From Schmidtea nova (lineage: Eukaryota), in NCBI GenBank assembly GCA_044892505.1, contig CM097883.1, forward strand, positions 132,680,001 to 132,717,061: a stretch of 37,061 nt of DNA, given 5' to 3'. Below, in pieces: positions 1 through 10,193 of the stretch; the stretch's first letter is position 1; the number at the start of each line of letters is the position of its first letter. The notes below the pieces were generated by a model. The model was not told the DNA's origin. It saw nothing but the letters and a program-made list of their open reading frames with translations, and did no database searches. Position numbers and translations under genes: made by a program.

Positions 1-35
1 TTTAAATTAAGATTAGGCAATTATTGACCCATTGT

Positions 36-305
36 TTATGACCTTTTTCCTAATAAACCAGCACCTCCTAATAATGGCAATGCTAATGGTAACAATGCTG
101 CAATAAATCCTTCTTGCTGTTTATATATTATTTTACGCATTAGTTTTTTATTATTTGTTTTTACAAGTGATAACAAAGGTTTCTTGTGTTTTTTTAAAAC
201 TCTTCTATTGGATTCACTTATATTGATTTTACCTCTAACAACTTTAATTAAAATCGTTAGTAAATCATCAATAACGTAATTAGGAAACGATTGTAAAATA
301 CTCAT
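36..305 (-). CDS. Small basic virion core protein, adenovirus pX/pVII-like (Polinton/adintovirus)
   Basis: 89 aa; Lys/Arg-rich middle followed by hydrophobic tail KQQEGFIAALLPLALPLLGGAG, resembling the GGF-xxLLP motif; adenain-type cleavage consensus (LxGG|x, LxGx|G); lies downstream of the packaging ATPase. Confidence 0.6.
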   Translation of the reverse strand: MSILQSFPNYVIDDLLTILIKVVRGKINISESNRRVLKKHKKPLLSLVKTNNKKLMRKIIYKQQEGFIAALLPLALPLLGGAGLLGKRS

Positions 306-325
306 TCTTCTAATACTAGGTGCTT

Positions 326-562
326 TTAGTAATGCATTGAAAAATGGGAAACTACGATGATGTATTTGTTTCGGATTTGGTTTGTAAGTATTTTGAATAC
401 GATTATTCTTTGGAATATTATCAATAAGTAATCTTTAGATGGTGTAAAACTGGTTTTCGAAACTGATTTCTTTGGTTTCTTTGAAACTAGTTTTTTCCCC
501 GGTTTCTTCATTTTTCTAGCCTTTATCAAGCGTTCAAACTTTACTCGAGATTTCAATAACAT
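326..562 (-). CDS. Lys-rich small Polinton ORF, unknown function (possibly frameshifted)
   Basis: ATG 22 nt after the ATPase stop; KMKKPGKKLVSKKPKK; co-oriented between the ATPase and the pX-like ORF. Confidence 0.4.
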   Translation of the reverse strand: MLLKSRVKFERLIKARKMKKPGKKLVSKKPKKSVSKTSFTPSKDYLLIIFQRIIVFKILTNQIRNKYIIVVSHFSMHY

Positions 563-583
563 TATTGGAAAATATATAATTAA

Positions 584-990
584 TCAACTTTGTTTATAAA
601 CCATGGCTCCTTCCTTGTTGAAAATATCAGTTCTAACTCTTAAATCATCACTACATTGTTGTGTGAAATTAAGGAAAAGATATCCATGAGGAGCTTTTGT
701 AGCATCTTGAAACTCCTCAATCAAGAAATTTCGTTTAGAAGGGTATGCTTTCCTTGCAAGAAAATCAATAACTGTTGCATCCTAGGATTTTAAAAACAAC
801 CAGATATTGAACATTCAAATTACGAGTTCGATGACTGCCGCCCTGATGAAATAAATTCTGAGTAATACAAATAACTGTAACACCCTTGTGTCTAGCGATT
901 TTTGTAAAAAAATTGTTAAAATCCTTTTCTTTATTTGCTTCTTGATACAAATCATCAATAATAATCACATTCCTTTCTCTTAATCTAGAT
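584..990 (-). pseudogene. FtsK/HerA-family packaging ATPase, C-terminal part
   Basis: Walker B VIIIDD, ARH and ITQNLF...RT..LNVQYLVVFK motifs. Adding one base to each of two homopolymers near 780-790 restores FKNPRDATVIDFLARKAYP...HGYLFLNFTQ...LRVRTDIF to the TGA at 584-586. Confidence 0.9.
985..990 (+). repeat. Left 6-bp target-site duplication CTAGAT
   Basis: Identical to 9249-9254; immediately abuts the AGTAGGGG terminus. Confidence 0.95.
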
Positions 991-2487
991 AGTAGGGGAT
1001 AGTGAGGTTACGAGCACAGTTTTTTCCCATAGCAGCGGTTGCTAAGGTTAGTACACACACATCAATATATAATCCCCGAAGAACACGTTGCCAGGGTAAA
1101 TACACACATGTAAATTTATAGTCCTAGTGAAATATGTTGCTAGGGTAAACACACACCAATGTATTTTCTTCGAGGAAACTGTTTCCAGGGTAAATACACA
1201 CATTAGGGTGACTTCCCTGAGGAACTTGTTGCCTGGGTAAACATACATACATACACATCAATATATAATTCTTAATGATAGATGTAGTTAAGGTAACTAC
1301 ACACAGCAATATATAGTCCCCGAGGAAGATGATGTCAAGGAAAATACACACAACAATATATAATCCCCGAGGAACCTGTTGCCAGGGTAAACACATATCA
1401 ATATATAATAATCGAGGAATCTTTTGCTAGAGTAGACACACACATTAAAGTATTGTCTCCTTGGAACCTGTTGCTAAGGTAAATACGCCATTGTGTAACG
1501 GCAGTGACTACTGTTGGTAACATCAAAACAAACAACACATTAATTATTACCCGTAACACACACGATAACATGTTTTTACTTAATCGAACGACGTTTTTGT
1601 TTTAATGTACTGACTAACATTTCGAGTAGTTGTTTATTAATTGATAATTTTTGATATATTATATAATTTTTGTAAAATGATCTTCAGAAAATCGAATATG
1701 AGAACTTTGAAAACGGATGAAATGAATGCGAGAATTGTGACAATAGTCGAAATTTTAAAGACGATTCTACAGAGTGCAACTACAAGAGCAGATGAAATTT
1801 AATAATATTTGTAAACAGAAACAATTATTTTTACATTAAATAAAAAGATTGACACAAAAAAAATGAAAACCCTGAACAATAAAACCGTTTGAAATCTTGT
1901 CAATACATAAAAACTTTAAAAATAATTAAACATAATAAACTAAAGAAATATAAAACTAAATATAATGAAGCCAATTATTTTTTAACAAAGTTTTATTCAA
2001 TACAAATCTGAATTGGATATTTAATTTGAATTGAGAGCTGGATCTGAAACTGGAACACCAACCTGATCTTTTGTTTGGTCTATAAACGAGCCACATCCCT
2101 TATAATGTCCGTATGCAAGACTTTCATTTTTATCAACCCAAAGTCTTTTATCATCAAGATTAGTCAAGGCAATTTTCGAATATTTATTAGTAAAGAGTTG
2201 ATGATTCTTACTAACTATTCTCGACTGATCAACAGAAACTATTGAATTATTATTATAACAATCCAGATACGACTGATGATTCAGTTTAGTATCCTTCAAT
2301 GTTATACCCTTAGCCTTAATGCACTCTTCATCACCTAAAAGACTGTAACACTTTGGCCTAAGGAATACCCACTCATCATACTTGAATCCTTTATTCTCGT
2401 CTTTGAATATTCCAATGACTGAATCTAGGTTCCTACTGTATAATGGGTGATTCGGATCATAATTAGAAGTGTCAAGTAAGTTATCTC
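991..2487 (+). repeat. Left inverted arm (1,497 bp)
   Basis: Reverse complement of 7752-9248 with about a dozen substitutions seen by eye; includes the 3' end of pPolB. Confidence 0.93.
1039..1490 (+). repeat. Subterminal array of ~10 degenerate ~47-bp units (core GTTGCYAGGGTAAAYACACAC...CGAGGAA)
   Basis: Core AGGGTAA-like motif at 1044, 1093, 1142, 1187, 1234, 1290, 1337, 1384, 1429, 1476 (spacing 45-56 bp). Confidence 0.85.
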
Positions 2488-5400
2488 TTATCATGGCCGG
2501 TAAAAGAATATCAAGCTTACAATTTCTAATCTCAAGAAAAAACGAATCGGTGTCACCAGCAACGATGTTAATTTCGCAGTTGAATTCGTTACGATATTTT
2601 TGTAACTCTTCATACTGCAGCTGGTACATCCTAAGTTTAGATAAATCCAGTACAGTTTGGCCAATGTAGCTGGGTCTATCTAAACACACAGAGTCCTTAT
2701 TAAGCAACACAGAAACTAGGTCATCGTCAATCCTATAAGTTTTTCTAAAAGTAGGTTTTGATGTATATGTAATCAGTTTTGATGCTGAATTACATAGTCG
2801 TAAATTGAGTCGTTTCTTAAGATTTTCAACCGTTTTCCCATAAAGACTATTATTCAAGAGTTTGTAATAGTTTTTATCTAAAGCCGTAGAAGAAGCTGCC
2901 ATAAGTTCAGTGTTCGTATCTATGTATATTTTAAAAATAGGTTTCTGATTGTACTGAACAGCCCGATGAACTCGTGTTATTTTAACACCCAAAGAAACAA
3001 AAAGCTTGAGAAGTCTCCAATGAACAACATAGTTGAATTTTGGATAATGCGTAAGCATTAACTTCTCAACTTTTGAACCCGGAGCACACATTTTCTCTGC
3101 TGCAACCGGAAAATCATTTAATTTATCGTGAATTTCTGAAGGGATTTCAAGATCCACTTCAAAAGTCACGCCATAAGTCAAAATAGCCAAATCAGCATCC
3201 ATTAATTTAATTAATTAATTTAATTTATTTTTATCTGTGATCCAACTAAATTCACCATAAGGAGATTTTTGACTTAAAGCTCACCCGTATAAATTATTTA
3301 TGTCAATATATAAAAGTTCAGTCGTTTCGGAGGATACTACATGATGCTTGTTGACAAATGTCAAACCACCACGGATTCCCCCTTCAAAAAAATTATAAAT
3401 CTCCATATCTTGGAGCAACTCAATAGGTTCATCCAAGGTAATAAGCGCAGAAGCCCACGACATACCTGGAATCCCCAAAAAATTCAAAGGCTCAAGTCTA
3501 TTTTGATCTATAGATTTAACCCTAAACTGTTGAAAGAAATCAGCAAGAAGAAAAACATCCAGTTTAAGGTAGACCATCATATAGTCACAAAGAGTTTGAC
3601 ACTGAGATTCCCTCCAAATCACCAATGCCTTGTCATATTCATTTTGTTTAACACCTTTCCAGATTGGTGGCAACTCATAAGTGTTGTTAAGAATTTCTAA
3701 AGATGTTGCAAAATCATAAGGAAAAATACCCTTACAATCAACAATAGTCCCGGCGAATTCAGATCTAGTCAAAGGCAAACAAGTAAGAGTCTTAACAGCG
3801 TCATTTAAACTAGAATTTACAAACTGACAAGAATCGATGAATTTAATGGTTAAATCACCAACCCTTGCAGACAATGTCAAGAATTTTTCACTAGTTGTAG
3901 GAATACAAGAAATTTTCCAAGTTTTAAAATTAGTCAAACCATATTTAAGAATATGGTGCAAGTCATAACCTTTTAAATTATGAAAAATAACGGGTAAAAA
4001 CTTGTATAAACGACGGGATTGATTACAAGAATTACAAGCAGCTCCCAAAAATTCACCAGTGTAATGATCATGGTCTCTGACTGGTTTTACTAAAGTTTTC
4101 TTACAAAGATAACAAATAGTAGCAGAATCAAAAGATTGTTGATTTGCCGATGTCATAAAAAGAGATTTCTTGTAATTAGTTCTATAAAAGGGATAAACAA
4201 TAGTTTCAGAAATATCACTAATTTCAGTAAGAAAATTAGTAACGCAATCAAGACCTAAGAAACTCTTGTAAGTTTTTTCACCAGTAAAGTTATTTACAAG
4301 TAAAAGACCGTCAGATATCGGGACATGTCGTTGAAAATAATTATCATCAGTAGGTAAAATTGCCTCAAAATCGGCATAAACAACAAAAGGTGGGGTAATT
4401 GTTTTACCCTAATTACTAAATTGTAAATCTTTATTTCTAGGCAGAGTATAAAGAGTTGTGCCTAATTGATTTTTAGCACACAACTGTTGATGACAATCGA
4501 ATGCTTCCTGTTTTCGAAATCCATTCAAGCATCGATGACACCATATACTTTGTACGCGAGCTACAGAAAGAGATCTATTGTCGTAATTTAAAAGCTTATC
4601 AAGATCGGTGACTGCAATATAATGATATGCATCACAACTTTCAAACAAAATCAAGTTAATAGGAGTACCGTCAACAACTTTCGACCTATGAATTATATCG
4701 ACACAAGGATGTTTAAAAACTTCAGGGTCTTCCAAGGTATCAAGAAGAGCATCTTCATCATAAGATAAAACATTAATAGCAAGTCCGGGATTTTTAGCCT
4801 CAAATTTTGGAATATTACAGAGTCTCATGGGCATTTCTGAAGGGTCAAAGACAAGATCCGAAAGATTATAATTATGTGCTCTATTTCTATTATTATCTAC
4901 CTCATCATATTTCAAAATAGCCAAGATGCTATAAATGAAACATAAATCATCGAAATTTCTTACGTTTACCGTACAATATTTTAATTGTAAAGATTGAGGG
5001 GTTTCAATATGACCTCTGCCACTCAATCGACTAATTTGAGAAAAATTTTGTTAATACAAAATGGATTTCATTAACTTTGTTAATAACCCAATTACTCCCT
5101 TTATCGTTAATTAATGCTATTTTTTCATTTAAAAGAGTGATACCTTCATCAAAAAAGTTATCACTCATGGGTCTCGCAGAATTTGAAATGATGAAGGATT
5201 GAAATTCTCCATCTTTTTCAAACTCTACATCAATACAAAATTGTATTTTCACTGAACCCATCTCATTAATAACATTATTTAATTTATTAATTAAAATATC
5301 AGGTAAAATTAAAGTTTTCAAAACCAAGTGTGAAACATCCATTTTTACAATAGAGTGAGATTTTCTCAAATCAAATTTAACGTTAGGAAGAAGGGACCCA

Positions 5401-5747
5401 CCATATTGAACATCTATGGTGGTAATGTCATTATTAAAACTTGTGTCAGAGTCGGAAAGAATTTTCATATCGGACATTACCTCGTAAACTATATTACTTA
5501 ATTTTTTAACTTTTGTAGGTAGTGGATTATCGATAAGGATTTTTCTTTTATTATTAATAATATTGTTATCACTATCACTACTATTTATTGTTAAATTAAA
5601 AAGAGATTTTTTCGAAGATCTAAATTTCCTTAAATGATCCTTATGGTCATCATAAAAGTTCAAAAAAGTCGAATTTTGGGTGGTCTTACATACGGGACAT
5701 ATAAAAAACGTGACTCCTTTATACGAATATCGGTAATATTTTCCCAT
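2021..5747 (-). pseudogene. Protein-primed family B DNA polymerase (pPolB), ~1,240 codons, disrupted
   Basis: The four ORFs join into one frame. Motifs: N-terminal CxxC..HxxH; GSNWVINKV...GRGHIETP; YADFE (exoI); endonuclease-VII-like CYLC..VRDHDHYTGEFLGAACNSCN; HNLKGYD; YIDINNLYG; KLLNNSLYGK; GDTDS; RPKCY; KAKGI. Lesions: +1 T near 5041-5047 and in-frame stops TAG 4409-4411, TGA 3281-3283, TAA 3215-3217. Confidence 0.95.
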
Positions 5748-6567
5748 TAATTCAATGCATTTATTGTTATGAATTGATGATCGGCAAAAATTCGGAAAAA
5801 GTTTACCTTAAATATAAAAAATAATTAAAATATGAACAATAAATGTCAAGTATTTTAATATAAAAATTAATGTCATTATACAATAATTAATATAAATTAA
5901 TTAATAATTACAATAATAAAAATTTAATTAAATAATTTAAATATTATGAAAACTAATATTAATTAATTTCAATTATTATATTCTTAACTAGAATTGTTTT
6001 AATAATAAGTTTTACTCAAAGATGTAAAATATACAATTAATATAAAAGTATTAATTTAATATAATAACTTTCATATAGAACACATTATTTACTATGATAG
6101 AAAATAAATTATTTATTAATAATTAATTTACAAAAACTTTAATTACTAGAAAATTATTAAAAATAAAACAATAAGTAATATTAATCAATATTCAAATTAA
6201 TTTTATATTAAAATTAATTAATTAATTATTATAAAATATTAGAATAATTATAATTAAAACTAGAATTGTTTTAATAATTAATTATAAAATAAAAATTCAA
6301 ATTTATGTAAATAATTTTCAAAAATTAATTTAAAATAATTTAAAATTTAGATAATTCAGCTAATTATTTTAAGTTGTCATTAGTATTTATTAACTTATCA
6401 ATAAATATTACAAATCTTATTGAATAATAAATAAAGATTAATTATTACATTACAAAATCGATAAAGAAAAATAATTCCTAAATAATTAAACTTAATATTT
6501 ATGAACAAAGGTAATTAATTATAAATTGAATTTAATAAATCAATTATTAAAATAAATCAATACTTAC

Positions 6568-6840
6568 AGTTATTTTCTTTTATTTTTTCCTTTTTCAGTT
6601 TATTTTTTATTAAACTATCCATTGTTTCAGATGCTTCAACATTGTAACCAATAAAGTTGTTCATATTGTTGTTGACATCGTTGTTGTAATCATTGATCAT
6701 GGTAATATCCATATTGTTGTTGGTGTTGTTCATTTTATCTAAAATAAGTTGATTGTTTAAAAATTTTAAAACAAAAATTAACTTACCAAATTTAGGTTGC
6801 AGTAAAAAGTGATTCTTAAATGAAAAACTATTGTTTATAT
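6568..6840 (-). other. Small spliced gene inside the inner element (TATA, 5' exon, 48-bp intron, Asn-rich 55-codon exon, second donor)
   Basis: TATATAAA at 6833-6840; intron GTAAG..TTTTAG 6786-6739; ATG 6733 reading MNNTNNNMDIT...KNKLKKEKIKENN; next GTAAG donor at 6567; downstream exon not found. Confidence 0.5.
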
Positions 6841-7751
6841 ACTAAATTCAAAAATTTTTAACCGATCAAATTCAAGGAAACATACACACACACGTTTGTA
6901 AATACCACAGTGTAATTTATTTTTACAATTAAATTTTTTAAAAATTATTAAACACATAATTTATTGTTATAAATATATGTCATCATTTAATGATAAATAT
7001 CAATTATTATTAAAATACAATGTAATAAATTAAGATTAATTTTAAAGTTAAATTACACTAATAAATTATAAAAATTATTACAAGTAATTAAAATTAAATA
7101 AAAAAAAAGTTTAATTATTCGATAAATTGTAAATTAATTGAAATAAAAATTAATTAATTAAAATAAAAATTAACTAAATAAAAGTTAACTAATTATTCAC
7201 AAAGTTATTAGTTTTTACATAATGTATTATTGTAGAGAATTAGAATATAAATTGTTACAGTGAAAACACAATTAAAGAATCAATCAGCAAATGAAATCAA
7301 TTATTTACAACAAAACCCATCTGTAACACGATAATTTTTAAATTTCTAATTAAACAATTTAGTGGAAAATTTATACATATAATGAAAACTCTAAAAAATT
7401 ATTTTAAAATTACAAAAATAACAAGAAAAAATGTGTGCAACAAGAAAAATGACTAATTTTATATTTTAATTTAAGCCATTTTATAGGAAATTAAATTCTA
7501 CATATACACTGTTAATGTGAAAACTCATTATCTTTATTTCAACATCAAAGAAAACCAATTAATAACAACAAAACATGTGTGCAGCGCGCAAAACACAACA
7601 TTTTAAATTTCCATTTTGGCCATCTTGTAGAGAATAAATTTCTGTCTATACATTGTTACAGAGAGAAAAACGAATAATTTCAATTTGAGGCACAAATAAA
7701 GAAAAAAGAAAAACGGGAGAAAAATTAAAAATGTTGATAGTAGAGTAGGGG

Positions 7752-8218
7752 GAGATAACTTACTTGACACTTCTAATTATGATCCAAATCACCCATTTTA
7801 CAGTAGGAACCTAGATTCAGTCATTGGAATATTCAAAGACGAGAATAAAGGATTCAAGTATGATGAGTGGGTATTCCTTAGGCCAAAGTGTTACAGTCTT
7901 TTAGGTGATGAAGAGTGCATTAAGGCTAAGGGTATAACATTGAAGGATACTAAACTGAATCATCAGTCGTATCTGGATTGTTATAATAATAATTCAATAG
8001 TTTCTGTTGATCAGTCGAGAATAGTTAGTAAGAATCATCAACTCTTTACTAATAAATATTCGAAAATTGCCTTGACTAATCTTGATGATAAAAGACTTTG
8101 GGTTGATAAAAATGAAAGTCTTGCATACGGACATTATAAGGGATGTGGCTCGTTTATAGACCAAACTAAAGATCAGGTTGGTGTTCCAGTTTCAGATCCA
8201 GCTCTCAATTCAAGTTAA
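7752..8218 (+). pseudogene. Duplicated C-terminal ~155 codons of pPolB within the right arm
   Basis: Near-identical to the end of the 2021-3202 ORF (RPKCYS, KAKGI, DDKRLW); no start or N-terminal domains. Confidence 0.92.
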
Positions 8219-8748
8219 ATATCCAATTCAGATTTGTATTGAATAAAACTTTGTTAAAAAATAATTGGTTTCATTATATTTAGTTTTATATTTCTTTAGT
8301 TTATTATGTTTAATTATTTTTAAAGTTTTTATGTATTGACAAGATTTCAAACGGTTTTATTGTTCAGGGTTTTCATTTTTTTTGCGTCAATCTTTTTATT
8401 TAATGTAAAAATAATTGTTTCTGTTTACAAATATTATTAAATTTCATCTGCTCTTGTAGTTGCACTCTGTAGAATCGTCTTTAAAATTTCGACTATTGTC
8501 ACAATTCTCGCATTCATTTCATCCGTTTTCAAAGTTCTCATATTCGATTTTCTGAAGATCATTTTACAAAAATTATATAATATATCAAAAATTATCAATT
8601 AATAAACAACTACTCGAAATGTTAGTCAGTACATTAAAACAAAAACGTCGTTCAATTAAGTAAAAACATGTTATCGTGTGTGTTATGGGTAATAATTAAT
8701 GTGTTGTATGTTTTGATGTTACCAACAGTAGTCACTGCCGTTACACAA

Positions 8749-9200
8749 TGACGTATTTACCTTAGCAACAGGTTCCAAGGAGACAATACTTTAATGTGTG
8801 TGTCTACTCTAGCAAAAGATTCCTCGATGATTATATATTGATATGTGTTTACCCTGGCAACAGGTTCCTCGGGGATTATATATTGTTGTGTGTATTTTCC
8901 TTGACATCATCTTCCTCGGGGACTATATATTGCTGTGTGTAGTTACCTTAACTACTTCTATCATTAAGAATTATATATTGATGTGTATGTATGTATGTTT
9001 ACCCAGGCAACAAGTTCCTCAGGGAAGTCACCCTAATGTGTGTATTTACCCTGGAAACAGTTTCCTCGAAGAAAATACATTGGTGTGTGTTTACCCTAGC
9101 AACATATTTCACTAGGACTATAAATTTACATGTGTGTATTTACCCTGGCAACGTGTTCTTCGGGGATTATATATTGATGTGTGTGTACTAACCTTAGCAA
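8749..9200 (-). repeat. Mirror copy of the ~47-bp subterminal array
   Basis: Reverse complement of 1039-1490. Confidence 0.85.
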
Positions 9201-9248
9201 CCGCTGCTATGTGAAAAAACTGTGCTCGTAACCTCACTATCCCCTACT

Positions 9249-9254
9249 CTAGAT
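9249..9254 (+). repeat. Right 6-bp target-site duplication CTAGAT
   Basis: Directly follows ...CCCCTACT; identical to 985-990. Confidence 0.95.
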
Positions 9255-9469
9255 GACCAATTTTTATCGAAACCTTTTATGATTATCATTTTTATTTTAC
9301 AAAATTGATCTTGAGTCATTCCATGTTCTTCATCTGCACCCCTATGCCAATTAATTTTATTAAACTTTGATTTGAATAATTTTGACTGTAATAATTTACA
9401 AACAAATAAAGTTTTTCCACTCCCGCTCGGTCCAACAATTTGAGACACTGCATCATTTCTTAATTCCAT
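9249..9469 (-). pseudogene. FtsK/HerA-family packaging ATPase, N-terminal part
   Basis: Walker A GPSGSGKT. Removing 991-9248 and one TSD copy joins it in frame to the 584-984 part (NWSSR|LRERNVIIIDD). Confidence 0.92.
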
Positions 9470-9560
9470 ATTTCTAATTTTATTATATTATTATTGTTTA
9501 TATTTGTTTTAAATAATAATTGTTTTTATTATTGTCATATTTAAAATATTTTTATTAATT

Positions 9561-10020
9561 ATTAGCAACATAAATTATAAGGGTAGGACTGATGTATCGT
9601 ACATGAATTTTCCTAAGTGGAAACCACAACAAATTGTAGATAGAAGTGGTAAATATCCGATAATATATTTTAAGACCGGGAGATTTAGAATTATGGGATG
9701 CAAGGAATTTATTAGTGATGAAAGGGTAAAGTTTTACGACTTAACAATCGATTACTGTAACCGCAGACTTGGGATTTAATTGTAATTTAACTGATTTGGC
9801 TAAATTAATAGAATGTGTTTACGAGTCAGAATTATTTCCAGCTTCGAGATATACAAAATATAACCCCATGTGTGTTAATATATTTGCAAGTGGTAAAGTA
9901 ATTATATTAGGTTTAAAACCTAGGGACTATTTAAATATAGTTGATAATATAATTATGGATATAAAATCAATTATTGAAGATAAAGCCTTTGTTGATATCA
10001 TATTATCGTGTAACTCATGA
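9561..10020 (+). pseudogene. Divergent TATA-binding-protein (TBP)-like gene, one frameshift
   Basis: Second TBP repeat: ITVTADLGFNCNL...YESELFPASRYTKYNPMCVNIFASGKVIILGLK (cf. YEPELFPGLIYRM..P..VLLIFVSGKVVLTGAK). First repeat in another frame: ISNINYKG...PQQIVDRSGKYPIIYFKTGRFRIMGCK. Frameshift near 9745-9755; start codon uncertain. Confidence 0.75.
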
Positions 10021-10193
10021 TTGCAATAAAGATGCAAAATAAATGCACGATTCTGATGGGTTCAGTGTGTATTTCAATAATAAAGACATGTTATGCATAC
10101 TCGAATCTGATTGATTGATTGCGTGTTTGATTTTCTTGTGTGTTACTTTGGTATATATACAATGAACATTTTACATTCATTTATAATTTTACA

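Larger units (their letters stand above)
991..9248. mobile_element. Inner non-autonomous Polinton/Maverick derivative (8,258 bp)
   Basis: Termini 5'-AGTAGGGGATAGTGAGG...CCTCACTATCCCCTACT-3'; 6-bp TSD; pPolB gene; no integrase, capsid or protease ORF recognisable. Confidence 0.92.
7752..9248 (-). repeat. Right inverted arm (1,497 bp)
   Basis: Mirror of 991-2487; homology stops sharply at 7752, immediately after AGTAG-AGTAGGGG (7739-7751). Confidence 0.93.

Noticed and set aside
1048-1396. ORFs 1048-1248 and 1124-1396, and mirrors 8843-9115 and 8991-9191
   Set aside because: Translations of the tandem array (recurrent CVY/CVF/PGN); no coding signal.
1039-1490. CRISPR-like repeat/spacer array
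   Set aside because: The 'spacers' resemble each other (AATATATARTCCCCGAGGAA), the repeats are degenerate, there are no cas genes, and the context is a eukaryotic transposon TIR.
5750-7740. Integrase or capsid gene inside the inner Polinton
   Set aside because: Extremely AT-rich with no long ORF or DDE/jelly-roll motif; only the small spliced exon is supportable.
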